A stretch of DNA of 64,000 nt, from the IMG/VR virus record IMGVR_UViG_3300035698_018446, one strand, 5' to 3'. The notes under the pieces were generated by a model that saw only the letters and a list, made by a program, of their open reading frames with translations, had not been told where the DNA came from and did not search any database. Source of the stretch: an uncultured virus (IMG/VR IMGVR_UViG_3300035698_018446) (taxonomy: Duplodnaviria; Heunggongvirae; Uroviricota; Caudoviricetes). The position numbers and the translations under genes were made by a program. This document shows positions 16,618 through 27,050 of this stretch, one piece after another (position 1 is the first letter of the stretch; every line of letters starts with the position of its first letter).

Positions 16618-17187
16618 ATGAAGATATGGCGGATACACTCTCAGACGGCTATGGTGATCCAAATTCCGGATATCGGCGTCACACTGCACCCTAAAACCCA
16701 TGTCGATGTGGTCGAAGATCGTGCTATGTGGTCTCGCGATCTCATGGATGTGTTGCGAACACAAAAAGTCTCACGAGAGATCATAGAGCCCTTGCAAGCC
16801 CTTCCTTTTCTCACCCACGCCGCTGTGACTACCGTTACTGCAACCGTGCCTTCTAAAGCCTCTACGGAGTCTTCACACGCCACGAAGACCATGGAACAGT
16901 CTCTTGAAAAGAATAATGATCTCTTGCAGCTGATATTGCAAGCCTTGCAAGCCTCGCAAGATCGTCCGCAGGCAGCACCGCATATTTTACCCAGCGGCGC
17001 AGTATCTTCACATTCTCAAAACGCTTTGGACACGTCCCTAGAAGCGCCTCGCATGTTCATTCCTGTTTTAGATACGAAGAGGGCGGAGGTTGGGGGTGAT
17101 CTACAAGGGGAGTCCACAACCGTATCTTCCGGCAAAAACAAGGACGCCTTACAAAAACTGCGTGAAATGCGTGGGGATAAAAAGTAA
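16618..17187 (+). CDS. hypothetical protein upstream of the actin-like gene (possible partner)
   Basis: Start reassigned to MKIWRI; low-complexity middle and amphipathic C-terminal helix (ALQKLREMR). Confidence 0.6.
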   Translation: MKIWRIHSQTAMVIQIPDIGVTLHPKTHVDVVEDRAMWSRDLMDVLRTQKVSREIIEPLQALPFLTHAAVTTVTATVPSKASTESSHATKTMEQSLEKNNDLLQLILQALQASQDRPQAAPHILPSGAVSSHSQNALDTSLEAPRMFIPVLDTKRAEVGGDLQGESTTVSSGKNKDALQKLREMRGDKK

Positions 17188-17286
17188 AACATGCTTGACG
17201 CTAAGAAAAGAATGAACGATAAAAGGTTCAAGAAGGTTGGCGACGTTCAACCCACTCATACGATAAAACATGCGGAGAGGCTTGCT

Positions 17287-18288
17287 ATGACTCATGGCGT
17301 TGGTTTGGATATAGGCACGATGAATATTGTCGCTGCCCGTCAGGAAAGCGAAGATAAGGTTCGATGCACCACCCAGCGAGACGCTTTTCTGGATCTTGAA
17401 AGATCGGCAAAGCCTATGCTCAAAATGAACAAAGTGCCCTTCATTGAGTTTCCCGACGACGATAAAATGTATGTCCTCGGTGATGCTGCGCTGAAGTTCG
17501 CTAATGTGTTCAAGCGGGATTTGCGGCGCCCCTTATCACAGGGGTTGATCTCCAACACGGATCTGGAAGGTCGTCGAATCCTTCAGGAGATCATCGCGCG
17601 CACGATCCAGCCCCCCATCATACCGAATGAAGTTTGTTACTTTTCGATTCCGGGAAACCCCGTGGATCTGCCCAACCGCGATAACGTCTTCCACCGTGGC
17701 GTTTTCGAGATGATCCTGCGGGGTTTGGGATATCGTCCTGTTGCTTCGAACGAGGCGCAAGCTGTGATCTTCGCGGAGTGCGCAGACTCCAGCTTTTCTG
17801 GTGTAGCTCTTAGCTTCGGAGCGGGAATGGTGAACGTTTCTTGCGTGTACCAGACGCAGGTGGTGCCTGAGCTTCAATTTGCTGTCGCCAAGTCGGGCGA
17901 TTACATTGACGCTCAGTCTGCTCAAAACTTAGGCATGACGGCTACTGCCATGTGCGCGCTCAAGGAAAGCGGTGTGGATCTGATGAATCCCACAACGCCC
18001 CAAGAGCAAGCCTTGACGTTTTACTATCAAGAAGTGATCCGTTATGCGCTTGAGCATATCACGAATAGGTATCGCAGCGTGGGGGGAGCCATCTCATTCC
18101 CAGAGCCCGTTCCCATGGTGATCGCTGGAGGCACAGCGAAGGCTAAGGGTTTCTTAGAGCTGTTCAAGAAAGAGTTTGACTTGAAGAAGCGTAACTTTCC
18201 TATCCCCATCTCCGAAATTCGTCTGGCAACAGATGCCTTGAACGCGGTGGCGCAAGGGCTTCTGATTCAAGCTCAACTGGAAGATTGA
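17287..18288 (+). CDS. actin-like ATPase (MreB/FtsA/ParM superfamily)
   Basis: Phosphate-1 GLDIGT, connect-1 NEAQA, phosphate-2-like SFGAGMVN, SGDYID, adenosine IAGGTA, connect-2 AVAQG; SD GGAGAGG. Confidence 0.85.
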   Translation: MTHGVGLDIGTMNIVAARQESEDKVRCTTQRDAFLDLERSAKPMLKMNKVPFIEFPDDDKMYVLGDAALKFANVFKRDLRRPLSQGLISNTDLEGRRILQEIIARTIQPPIIPNEVCYFSIPGNPVDLPNRDNVFHRGVFEMILRGLGYRPVASNEAQAVIFAECADSSFSGVALSFGAGMVNVSCVYQTQVVPELQFAVAKSGDYIDAQSAQNLGMTATAMCALKESGVDLMNPTTPQEQALTFYYQEVIRYALEHITNRYRSVGGAISFPEPVPMVIAGGTAKAKGFLELFKKEFDLKKRNFPIPISEIRLATDALNAVAQGLLIQAQLED

Positions 18289-18308
18289 ACCTCTAGTAAT
18301 GAATCCTG

Positions 18309-18338
18309 AAAGACCTCCCTTTGTGGGGGTCTTTTTTT
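18309..18338 (+). terminator. intrinsic terminator
   Basis: AAAGACCTCC-CTTTGT-GGGGGTCTTT plus T-tract. Confidence 0.8.
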
Positions 18339-18375
18339 GTTTTGTATTAGTATCTATTAACACGGAGGTGATCTC

Positions 18376-20151
18376 ATGGCGTATCAGAATTTTACAGCAC
18401 CGATCAAGCGTAGGATCTTGGAGGACATGAAACGTCATTTTTCTTATATTCACCATCACAAAGACATCGAGATTCGATACAAGTATGATTTTGCAGAGCG
18501 GCCTCAGAAAGCTATTGTCCTGATGAATGTATCTGCCAATCCAATTAAGATGTCTTCTGACAATTATCTCGCGCCCCTTGAATCTTACATCCTCAAGCTC
18601 AACGTAGGTCAGAAGTCCGGCACGTTTTTAGAATGGGTTGTAGAAGACACATTGGCTGTACAACGAAACAAAGGTGTGTTTCCTGCTCAAACAGGTCTGT
18701 ACTATTTGACTATTCAGGAATCCGTTGTTGATACTATACCTAATTATTCTGTGTATGTGGACCCCTTGTATCAGGTCAAACAAGAGCCTGTAATCACGTT
18801 TGTGACGGGTGATGAGACGTTGGCGAATCTTGCACAGCTCACAATTCATCCGGGCTCTTTGCGTCTCTATTTGAACAATAAGACATCTCTCTTTAGTGGT
18901 CCTACCTTTGCGTTGAGAGGGACTCAGAGTTTACAGATATACGATCCTCTCTTTGGTCTACCTGAAGGTCCTGTCACCGTATCGTCTTCTTCAAATGTAG
19001 AGCCCTTTACGATCGTGGCGGGTGTCAATGATGTGTTGTCGTTCACTCTGAATGGAACGCCCGTAGTGGTGATCTTTTTACCGGGTTTGGTCAGCGCAGA
19101 AGCGGCTAAATTTGCGATTGATCTCGCAGCAAACGCGTTCGGATTATTCTCTCCTGAGTATCGATCTGTTGTGGATGGTGGTCGAATCCGAATTGAGGCT
19201 TCTCAAAGTTTAGAATGGGACACATTTGCGTTTTCACCCGCATCCCTTGCCTTCGGATTCCCGCAAGGTTTCGTCAATCCCGTTTCTCAAGGTCTGCTAT
19301 ATCGTCCAATTGTGCTAGAAGATCACAGAACTATGACTCTGTCCGCAGATGGCGTGGAATATCAGGTGATATTTGAACCCGGCTTGTACAAAGATCCAAA
19401 CGAAATACTTTTAAGGCTACAAAGTCAACTTTCAGGAACACCTGTAACACCAATCTTGGGATTAGGGGGCGATTTCAGTGTTGACAATAATACGGGCGAG
19501 ATCACATTTCTACAACCCTTCTTACCCGATGATTCTATCATTGCTGACTACCTGTACAAAGGCCCCTCTTCCGGTCCTTTTGCTATTGAAAAGAATCACT
19601 CCAACAATGTCATTATACCCGGTGTGGTTTTGGCTTTCGGGGAGTCTTTTGAGGATTTTGACAAGATTGCAGTGCGTGTGTATGATAGGAGAGACATTGT
19701 AGCTGACATTTACGGTGGTAAGTCCGATGTGTCTATGGACTTTGACATCATCGCAAGAGATGCTATGGACAGAGAGTCAATTACGGATTACCTACTCTTG
19801 TATTTTCATCATTTTGAGAATGAAAGGTTTAGTGAAGACGGTTTGTGTATTACCTCCGTATCGGGGGGAGGCGAGAGTGAAGAAGTATATGATGAGACGG
19901 CTGATGACTATTATTACAAATCTTCAGTGAGTGTTGCGTTTCAAACAGATTGGGAAGTTTATGTTCCAAGACCTTTGTTCATTGAGCGCATATCTCCTAT
20001 TTCTTTCGAGCAAGAAGCGCGTCTCGCTGCTCGTCTCCCGATGGACCCCACAGCGAATGATTATGTCAAGCCCGTCGTGTCTCTTACCACCCGCGAACTC
20101 CAAGAGATCGCACGGCGGGGTTTACGTTTGAAGTATGAGAGTATTGTATAA
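18376..20151 (+). CDS. putative tail completion / terminator protein with inserted beta-rich domains
   Basis: SD GGAGGTG; C-terminal MDFDIIARD...RESITD...YYKSSVSVAFQTDW resembles a tail-terminator fold; lies just upstream of the sheath. Confidence 0.55.
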   Translation: MAYQNFTAPIKRRILEDMKRHFSYIHHHKDIEIRYKYDFAERPQKAIVLMNVSANPIKMSSDNYLAPLESYILKLNVGQKSGTFLEWVVEDTLAVQRNKGVFPAQTGLYYLTIQESVVDTIPNYSVYVDPLYQVKQEPVITFVTGDETLANLAQLTIHPGSLRLYLNNKTSLFSGPTFALRGTQSLQIYDPLFGLPEGPVTVSSSSNVEPFTIVAGVNDVLSFTLNGTPVVVIFLPGLVSAEAAKFAIDLAANAFGLFSPEYRSVVDGGRIRIEASQSLEWDTFAFSPASLAFGFPQGFVNPVSQGLLYRPIVLEDHRTMTLSADGVEYQVIFEPGLYKDPNEILLRLQSQLSGTPVTPILGLGGDFSVDNNTGEITFLQPFLPDDSIIADYLYKGPSSGPFAIEKNHSNNVIIPGVVLAFGESFEDFDKIAVRVYDRRDIVADIYGGKSDVSMDFDIIARDAMDRESITDYLLLYFHHFENERFSEDGLCITSVSGGGESEEVYDETADDYYYKSSVSVAFQTDWEVYVPRPLFIERISPISFEQEARLAARLPMDPTANDYVKPVVSLTTRELQEIARRGLRLKYESIV

Positions 20152-20627
20152 TGCCTATCTTTGATTTCTATTGCGCCACATGCAGTTTGCAATTTTCCAA
20201 GCTCGTGCGGGATCGTACCTTACGCGTTTTGCCTTGCATTCATTGTTCCGAGGAGTCTGTCAAAAAAATGAGCATTCCCAATTCTCATTTTGCGGACTCT
20301 TCGCGCGGCAACCCACGCGGAGAGACGGGGGTGTTTGAGCTGGATAGTTCTTTGGATAGAAATATTGGGAGAGATGCGGACAACCGTTGGGAAATTGTCA
20401 AAGACAGAACAAGTGAGAAAGACAAGCTCCATTTAGAAGCGCAGCGCATGACCGGGAATCCAAAAGCTAAGATGGCTCTCAAGCGCGATCCCGTTACAGG
20501 GGAGTACCAGCCCATGGCGGTTTCAGAAGTAAGCGCGAACGTGGGGTTGCAAATAGATTTTAAGCAAGCGCGCTCGGAAAATGGTTTGGTGGATACAGTA
20601 AATATACCTAGTAAGAGAACTCCTTGA
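20151..20627 (+). CDS. FmdB-family zinc-ribbon protein
   Basis: MPIFDFYCATC...CIHC N-terminus. Confidence 0.75.
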   Translation: MPIFDFYCATCSLQFSKLVRDRTLRVLPCIHCSEESVKKMSIPNSHFADSSRGNPRGETGVFELDSSLDRNIGRDADNRWEIVKDRTSEKDKLHLEAQRMTGNPKAKMALKRDPVTGEYQPMAVSEVSANVGLQIDFKQARSENGLVDTVNIPSKRTP

Positions 20628-20744
20628 TTTTCTTTTTTTGAAAACATCTGGGCGTGACAGTACAAGCGATAATATTTAATCCTTTTATGATTTTAAGGTT
20701 ATAGACCGTTCTCATATTTCATCTCTCGAAATGAAGGATACGCA

Positions 20745-23700
20745 ATGAGCATTTTCCCTATATACGCACCTCCCGGAGTGTACACACAGACTCGCGCCCA
20801 AGATGACGTGGCGGGACCTCCAGCGGGATTGCTGCTGCCCGTTTTCGTGGGAACGGGGAAAGAGACGCTTCAGCAAGTAAATCTTGAGATGGTGCGCGGT
20901 TCTTCAGTACAAGCGGATCAGCAGATTACGCGCGAAGACGTAGCAAGCCGTTTTATTCTGTCACAGACGGGTGAAACGAATTTCGTGCTTGGAGCCTTGG
21001 ACGGAGCTGCGGCACGTTTTCAGGTCCAGAAGTTTCCTATCGTCACGGGCGAAGGTACGGGCACGATCACAAACAATGTGGCAAACATCTCGGTGACCGT
21101 GAATGGCGTCCCTGTGCGTCCAGCGGGGCTTCGCGGGAATGTGGGTGTCATCACGTTGCAGGTTCCCCCGCTCCCCGGCGATGACGTGCGCGTGACGTAT
21201 TTCTTCAAGCGCACAGACACCCAAGTGCAGGACGATGTTGCTTCTCAAGTGTCGTCTAATGTTGCTCGTCTGTTCGGATCGCTCCCTGCGAACTATACAA
21301 TCGTAGCCGGAGTCAATGACTCTTTGGTACTGGTAGTCGATGGTATTTCTCACAGCGTGACAATCCCAGCTGTGGCGGGTATCAATGCTCCAGATCTTGC
21401 GGTACAGATCAACGCTCTTCTTATCCCCGGTCTCTTTGTAGACTCAGATGTGGATAATCTCGGACAGGGCAGAATTGTGTTAGAAGCCGCGCAGGGCTTG
21501 GTTGTGGGCGCGGGAACGTCGAACATTGTCCTAGGCTTTGTCAATGGTCAACGCACCACGCGTAATCGTGTGTTCTTCACTTATCAAGGGCCGATCGTTG
21601 ATGGTCGTAACGGCGGCATCACATCGACTAATCCTTTAGATGTTTTCGTCCTAGTGGATAGCGTCCGCGTAATCCCCTCGGAGGTCGATGGATCGAATCG
21701 CGCTGTGACTCTCCCCTTCGCGCCCGCGCAAGGGTCCACGGTTTCGATACGGTATTTCTTCAACGCGTGGCAGGACACCTTCGATTACCTTCCGAACACG
21801 GGCATCACGGATGTGACCGCTGTGGGTAATATTCCGGATAAGGCGGATTACCGTGTGGGTTTGGATTATGTGGTGCAGGATGACCGCGTTATTTGGGGCG
21901 CCGCGACAAGCATCACGGCGGGAGAGCATACGGCGGGAACAGATTTTCTGGATGATAGCCAGATATCTCCGATGTTGGTTGACGACAGGATTTTCCTTGA
22001 ATCTGCGTCACGTTTTATTGATCGCACTGTGTCTCCCGCGCGCGCATCCGATGTTACTTTCGTGTTGGGAAATATCCCAACGATCGGTAACGGGCGTGAT
22101 ACCCCGCTCAACCTTGATCTCTTCAATGCTTTGTCCAATGGTCGCAACGATGTTCCTACGAATCGTCCAGATCTGATTCAGGTCTTTACTGGACCTAATT
22201 TGTCTGCTGCGATCTTGGATGGCCCTCGCGCTGTGGTGCGCGTCGATGCAGCATCGCGTCAGGTAACGCTCAAGACTTCGATCCCACCTGATCATCTTGT
22301 GTGGGCGACCTACTACTACAATCGTATGCGCGACGATCTATACACTTTGACCGTGCAGACTCAGACATCAGGTTTGATTCCCGGTCAGTATACTGTTGGA
22401 TCGCTGCTAACAGGTTTGAATCTTCGTGATGTGCGCTTCGGGACTTCGGCGGTATCCGAGCCAGTCCAATGGCCGTCGGGTGTAGAGATTGCACCTGATG
22501 CCTTTATTGTTGGGACTAAGGGTGTCAACGAGATTGCCACGGTCACGTTTACACAAGTCGGAGCAACTCCGGCTGTGTTCACGAACAAGGCCGCTGGACC
22601 TTATGACATGTATGCGACTCATTCCGATCAGCTTTATGTTACGTTGTCGGGCGTAGACACTCTGACGAATCTTGCGCAGCCCGCCCCCGCTTCTTTGGTG
22701 AGCGCCGCAGTACCTTCTGCTTCTAACTTTGTCTTCACCAGCGCGAACAACGGCTTTAGCTACTCGCTAGACGGGGTCGTTGTGAACGTGACATTCCCCG
22801 TGGGCACATACACGGGCGCGCAAGTCGTAGATCGCATCAATCGTGGTGCAGTACCTCTTAGCACGGCTACGGGATCTGTTGCAGGTCCTTACGACATCGT
22901 GTCGGCAATCACGGGATCCGTTGCAGGCCCCTACGACATCTATGCAGATATTTTAGGATCACAGATCGGACCCTTTGATATCTTTGCACAAGTCAACGGC
23001 GTCACGGCGGGACCTTTCAACATCTTTGCACAGATCTTAGGTGCAGTAGCAGGCCCCTACAACACCTACGGCACGCTTACCAGCCCGCTGACGGGGCCTT
23101 TCGACACAACAGCGGGTAACAATCTCTTTGACCTAACCGTCAACGGTGTTTTGATCAACGCAGTTTTGACAGTAGGCGTCGCAGTGACGGCGGCCACTCT
23201 TGTGGCAGATATCACGTCCGCCGCCGTCGCAGCGGGTGTTGCTGTGGGGCCTTTGGTTTATCCTACAACCAATTCTTTACAGCTTTTGGACGTACTCGGC
23301 GCGCTTGAAATACGAGTGACGGATAGTCTTTTGATCGGTGCGGGAACGGCGAACACTCCTATGGGTTTCGTGGCTGCTTCGTCTTCTTTAGCGTTGAAGG
23401 CTTTGGATCTGACGCTAAATGGTGTCACAGTCAACGTCACGAATATTCCGGGCGCAGCTTCGGTGCCGACTTCGGCGGTAATTTCGTCAATCGCTTCTGC
23501 GGCAACGCTGGCAGGGTTGGTTGTTGGCCCCCTCAATGTCTTGACTAATGATGTGAGCATTGTAGATGTGGCGGGCGTGATTCGTTTAAGGGGCACGGTA
23601 TCTGTTGAAATTGGATTGCTGTCTGCGACGAACGCTCTCTTGGGCTTTGTGTCCGCCGCTTTGGTCAATGCAACCAACGCTCTCAATCTTAATGTTGTGG

Positions 23701-26700
23701 TCCTCGGCGTGCCTATCAACGTGCCTGTGACTCTGGGCGGAGGAGAGAACATCCCGGTCTCAATTGTAGTCAATGACATCAATCTTTCTCTTTTGAGCGC
23801 GGGTTTTGTCGTAGGACCGTTAGCGATCTTGACAAATAACTTTAATGCTCTTGTAGGTCCGGGTCAGACTGTTCGGCTCGAAACCAAAGAAGGGATCACT
23901 GTCAACGCTGCGGCTTTCAGTGCCAATATTCTCTTAGGATTGCCTTTAGGTACTGTAGGCGCGTTGAACACGTTCGATCTCACGATCAACTCTACGTTGG
24001 TCAACGTCGTATTGCGCGCGGGAGCCTCGGGCCGCAACGTTCCCGCCGCTGCGATAGCTACTGCGATTGAAGCAGCGGCGACATTGGCAGGTTTGGTGTC
24101 AGGATCTTTGATCGTAAGCGGTAATGACTTTGACGTGCTTGTAGGGTCTTCTGGTCAGCTTGAAATACAGGCGACGCAGACGTTGCTAGTGGGGGCGGGA
24201 ACGGCGAACTTAGCACTTGGTTTTGTAGCAGCATCTTCGGATGCGGCGGCAAATCAAATTCTCTTCACCGCGAACGGGACACCTGTTGTGGTGACTTTCA
24301 CAGGAGGCCGATCGATAGCGCCCGCTACGATCCAGACGGAGATTGAGTCCGCGATGGTCGCCGCTCTTCTCGTGGTAGGCCCCCTGAGCTTGTCGGGCAA
24401 TGAAGCTGATGTGGTGATTGTCAATAACGCGGTCAGAATCCGCGCGATTGATACTCTTCTCATGGGCGCGGGTAGTGCTAACGCTATTCTGGGCTATACA
24501 AACGCAACATCAGTCACGACTTCGGATGCCCTGAGCTTCATAGTCAATGGTATCCCCGTGGCATTGACTTTGAGTCATCTTGCTTCGGTATCGTCCGCTT
24601 CAGTTGTAGCACAGATCAATGCTGCCCTATCACTTGCAGGTCTTGTGGTAGGACCTTTGACACAACCTTTGACCACGGCTAATGCTGTAATCACAGCGAC
24701 GGGCGGGGTGCAGGTTCAGGCGCTCACCAACCTCACGGTGATTTTAGCGACGGCGAACACCACCCTAGGGCTTGTCTCCGGAATTCTCCCCACAAACGTG
24801 ACATTCGCGCGCATTCGTCTAGGAGTCACGACAGATCGAATCTTCATCAGATCACGCGTCTTGCCCGCTTCACCTTCCGAAGTAAGCTCGCTTCAAATCC
24901 TAAGCGGTACAGGAAATGGTACTTTAGGTTTTGTATCGTTTGTTTCCGCAACGGGAACAGAAAGTGCTGTAAACAAGCCTGCCACTTTGGTGGGAACAGC
25001 AGTGACATCCTTGCAGATCGCCAATCTATCTGTTCAGAATCCTGTTTTTGTGTTGCGTTTAAATGGCGCTGAGTATCAGGTGGGGGGCTTTGGCGCGGTG
25101 ACAACAATGAGCGACGTGGCCGCTCTTATCAACGTGGTGATTCTTGGTGCAGGTGTAGCGTTGGCGGAGGGTAATCGCCTTCGGATCACATCTGCACTTG
25201 ACACCTTGAATTCACTCGTTGAGATTCCTGTCAATGCCGCTAATGCGTTCCTAGGGTTCACAGGACGCGAGCGCGCGGCACAACGCAAGGTTGGCGCATC
25301 GGAGGTTGTGGCGGTCCTTAACTGGTCCTCATTGAGCTGGTTAGCGCCTGTGTCTTCAGATTTTATTGGACAGGCTTTCGCAGAATCGGTCACGGTTCTG
25401 GGCAAGGGTAACTTTGTCAAGATGACCACGTTTGAAGAAGGCGCGCTCCGTTCAATCTTGTTTGGTGTTGGTGTGGACAGTGCGATTAATGACACACAGG
25501 TTGGGATCGCCATTGGGGATAATGCATCGGGTACGGACTCTGTTGATGGCTTCACGGTCACGTCAAGCCTCTTGTCTGGAGGATCGGCGGGTACTGGTGT
25601 AGTGGGCAAGACCTACACGGATGTGAAGACGGGTCTTCGGTTTAGCCTTCTGGCCGCCGCAGATAGTGCTTACACACCGGGTGAGTCTTTTACCCTAGTC
25701 GTAGCGGATACCTTCTTGACGGGATCTCAAGCGTCACTTGCTGTTCCCGGAATCGAAATGATTGTCACGAACACTACAAATGTGGGCGTGACGGATACTT
25801 CACTATTACGGACGTTTGACGGTAGCGGCGCAGAGCCTTCTGTTGGGGATTTCTATTATATCACTTATGAGTATTTGAAGACCAACTTCGATACGGTTTT
25901 GTTTACTAATCTTGCGGATGTAATTGCCAATTACGGTCCCCTTGATGTAGACAATCCCTTGACCGTAGCTGCATACTTAGCCTTCATCAACGGAGCTGCT
26001 GTGGTGGGCTGTAAGCAAGTCTTGAAGCAGAGTGGTTTGGATAGCGCGTCCGCAGTATCGTACATCCTCGCGGTGTCCGAGCTGGAGAAGCCCCTGACGG
26101 GGGGTGTGTTGCCCGATTACATCATCCCGCTCACCTCGGATCTGACAGTTTGGAATGCCTTGGTGCGTAGTGCAGAAGTACAATCTTCAATTCGGTACCG
26201 TCAAGAGCGGCGCGTGATCTTAGGTTGCGCGAGCGGCACAAGACCACAGGATGCACAGGCACAAGCAAAGGGCATCTTGTCCGAGCGCGCTGTGTTGGTG
26301 TATCCTGATTCCGCTATCCTCAGCCTCCCTAATGAACTTGGGGTAGCAGAGCAGTTTGTGGTGGATGGAGTGTATCTTGCCGCTGCATTTGCGGGCTTGG
26401 AAGTGTCGCCTCAGTTTGACGTGGCAGAGCCTAAGACACGCAAGCGTTTGGTAGGGTTCGACCGCTTGAATCGTTCACTGAACAACGTCGAAAAAGATGC
26501 TTTGGCGATTGATGGTGTCACCGTGTTGGAAGATACGAACGGAACGGTCCTCGTGCGTCACGCGCGCACGACAGACCCCCGCTCGGTATTGACTTCGGAG
26601 CCTTCTGTGGTGGGTATTAAGGACTTCGTGCAGAAGCGTACTCGTGACGCGCTGGATAGATTCATCGGAACCAAGTTCCTAATCACGAGAGCTTCCGATG

Positions 26701-26885
26701 TGGAGACAACACTGACTGCGCTGCTAAATTCGCTGGTCGAGGCTTCCATCATCCGCTCTTTCAGGGGGGTGAGCGCATCTCCGTCCCCAATCGATCCCAC
26801 GGCGCTTGAAGTGGTCGCCTTTTATAGCCCTGTCTTCCCCCTTAACTACATCCGCGTGACCTTCACGATCCGCACTCAGAGCTGA
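20745..26885 (+). CDS. giant contractile tail sheath protein (2046 aa)
   Basis: N-terminal PPGVYT and PVFVGTG; C-terminal sheath domain (ERAVLVYP, GVTVLE, DALDRFIG, YSPVFPLNYIRVTF); large beta-rich insertions. Confidence 0.9.
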   Translation: MSIFPIYAPPGVYTQTRAQDDVAGPPAGLLLPVFVGTGKETLQQVNLEMVRGSSVQADQQITREDVASRFILSQTGETNFVLGALDGAAARFQVQKFPIVTGEGTGTITNNVANISVTVNGVPVRPAGLRGNVGVITLQVPPLPGDDVRVTYFFKRTDTQVQDDVASQVSSNVARLFGSLPANYTIVAGVNDSLVLVVDGISHSVTIPAVAGINAPDLAVQINALLIPGLFVDSDVDNLGQGRIVLEAAQGLVVGAGTSNIVLGFVNGQRTTRNRVFFTYQGPIVDGRNGGITSTNPLDVFVLVDSVRVIPSEVDGSNRAVTLPFAPAQGSTVSIRYFFNAWQDTFDYLPNTGITDVTAVGNIPDKADYRVGLDYVVQDDRVIWGAATSITAGEHTAGTDFLDDSQISPMLVDDRIFLESASRFIDRTVSPARASDVTFVLGNIPTIGNGRDTPLNLDLFNALSNGRNDVPTNRPDLIQVFTGPNLSAAILDGPRAVVRVDAASRQVTLKTSIPPDHLVWATYYYNRMRDDLYTLTVQTQTSGLIPGQYTVGSLLTGLNLRDVRFGTSAVSEPVQWPSGVEIAPDAFIVGTKGVNEIATVTFTQVGATPAVFTNKAAGPYDMYATHSDQLYVTLSGVDTLTNLAQPAPASLVSAAVPSASNFVFTSANNGFSYSLDGVVVNVTFPVGTYTGAQVVDRINRGAVPLSTATGSVAGPYDIVSAITGSVAGPYDIYADILGSQIGPFDIFAQVNGVTAGPFNIFAQILGAVAGPYNTYGTLTSPLTGPFDTTAGNNLFDLTVNGVLINAVLTVGVAVTAATLVADITSAAVAAGVAVGPLVYPTTNSLQLLDVLGALEIRVTDSLLIGAGTANTPMGFVAASSSLALKALDLTLNGVTVNVTNIPGAASVPTSAVISSIASAATLAGLVVGPLNVLTNDVSIVDVAGVIRLRGTVSVEIGLLSATNALLGFVSAALVNATNALNLNVVVLGVPINVPVTLGGGENIPVSIVVNDINLSLLSAGFVVGPLAILTNNFNALVGPGQTVRLETKEGITVNAAAFSANILLGLPLGTVGALNTFDLTINSTLVNVVLRAGASGRNVPAAAIATAIEAAATLAGLVSGSLIVSGNDFDVLVGSSGQLEIQATQTLLVGAGTANLALGFVAASSDAAANQILFTANGTPVVVTFTGGRSIAPATIQTEIESAMVAALLVVGPLSLSGNEADVVIVNNAVRIRAIDTLLMGAGSANAILGYTNATSVTTSDALSFIVNGIPVALTLSHLASVSSASVVAQINAALSLAGLVVGPLTQPLTTANAVITATGGVQVQALTNLTVILATANTTLGLVSGILPTNVTFARIRLGVTTDRIFIRSRVLPASPSEVSSLQILSGTGNGTLGFVSFVSATGTESAVNKPATLVGTAVTSLQIANLSVQNPVFVLRLNGAEYQVGGFGAVTTMSDVAALINVVILGAGVALAEGNRLRITSALDTLNSLVEIPVNAANAFLGFTGRERAAQRKVGASEVVAVLNWSSLSWLAPVSSDFIGQAFAESVTVLGKGNFVKMTTFEEGALRSILFGVGVDSAINDTQVGIAIGDNASGTDSVDGFTVTSSLLSGGSAGTGVVGKTYTDVKTGLRFSLLAAADSAYTPGESFTLVVADTFLTGSQASLAVPGIEMIVTNTTNVGVTDTSLLRTFDGSGAEPSVGDFYYITYEYLKTNFDTVLFTNLADVIANYGPLDVDNPLTVAAYLAFINGAAVVGCKQVLKQSGLDSASAVSYILAVSELEKPLTGGVLPDYIIPLTSDLTVWNALVRSAEVQSSIRYRQERRVILGCASGTRPQDAQAQAKGILSERAVLVYPDSAILSLPNELGVAEQFVVDGVYLAAAFAGLEVSPQFDVAEPKTRKRLVGFDRLNRSLNNVEKDALAIDGVTVLEDTNGTVLVRHARTTDPRSVLTSEPSVVGIKDFVQKRTRDALDRFIGTKFLITRASDVETTLTALLNSLVEASIIRSFRGVSASPSPIDPTALEVVAFYSPVFPLNYIRVTFTIRTQS
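22869..23120 (+). repeat. six tandem 42-bp (14-aa) repeats within the sheath gene
   Basis: xGxxAGP(Y/F)(D/N)I units starting at 22869, 22911, 22953, 22995, 23037 and 23079. Confidence 0.9.
23118..24795 (+). repeat. six tandem ~91-97-aa domain repeats within the sheath gene
   Basis: NxLxLTxNG...AGLVVGPL...IxxxxxLLxGAGxANxxLGF units starting near 23118, 23397, 23676, 23967, 24252 and 24525. Confidence 0.85.
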
Positions 26886-26940
26886 TGTAGTACATTTTGT
26901 CAATGCCCTCTAGCTACGAGGGCGTTATAAGGCAGACAAG

Positions 26941-26971
26941 AAGGGATACCTCCAAGGGGGTATCCCTTTTT
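26941..26971 (+). terminator. intrinsic terminator after the sheath gene
   Basis: AAGGGATACCTC-CAA-GGGGGTATCCCTT plus T-tract. Confidence 0.8.
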
Positions 26972-27050
26972 CGTTGACGTTTGCGCATAAATAGTCAAAA
27001 TAGGGAATTAGAAGCCTTGGGGGTGATACATACAAAAAATGGAGTCTGTT

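Noticed and set aside
23031..23046. TTAGGTGCA match between spacer 1 and the sheath gene
   Set aside because: A 9-nt match is expected by chance.
20961..26800. Numerous minus-strand ORFs opposite the sheath and other long genes
   Set aside because: Antisense shadows of strongly coding sequence, with no SDs or recognisable motifs.
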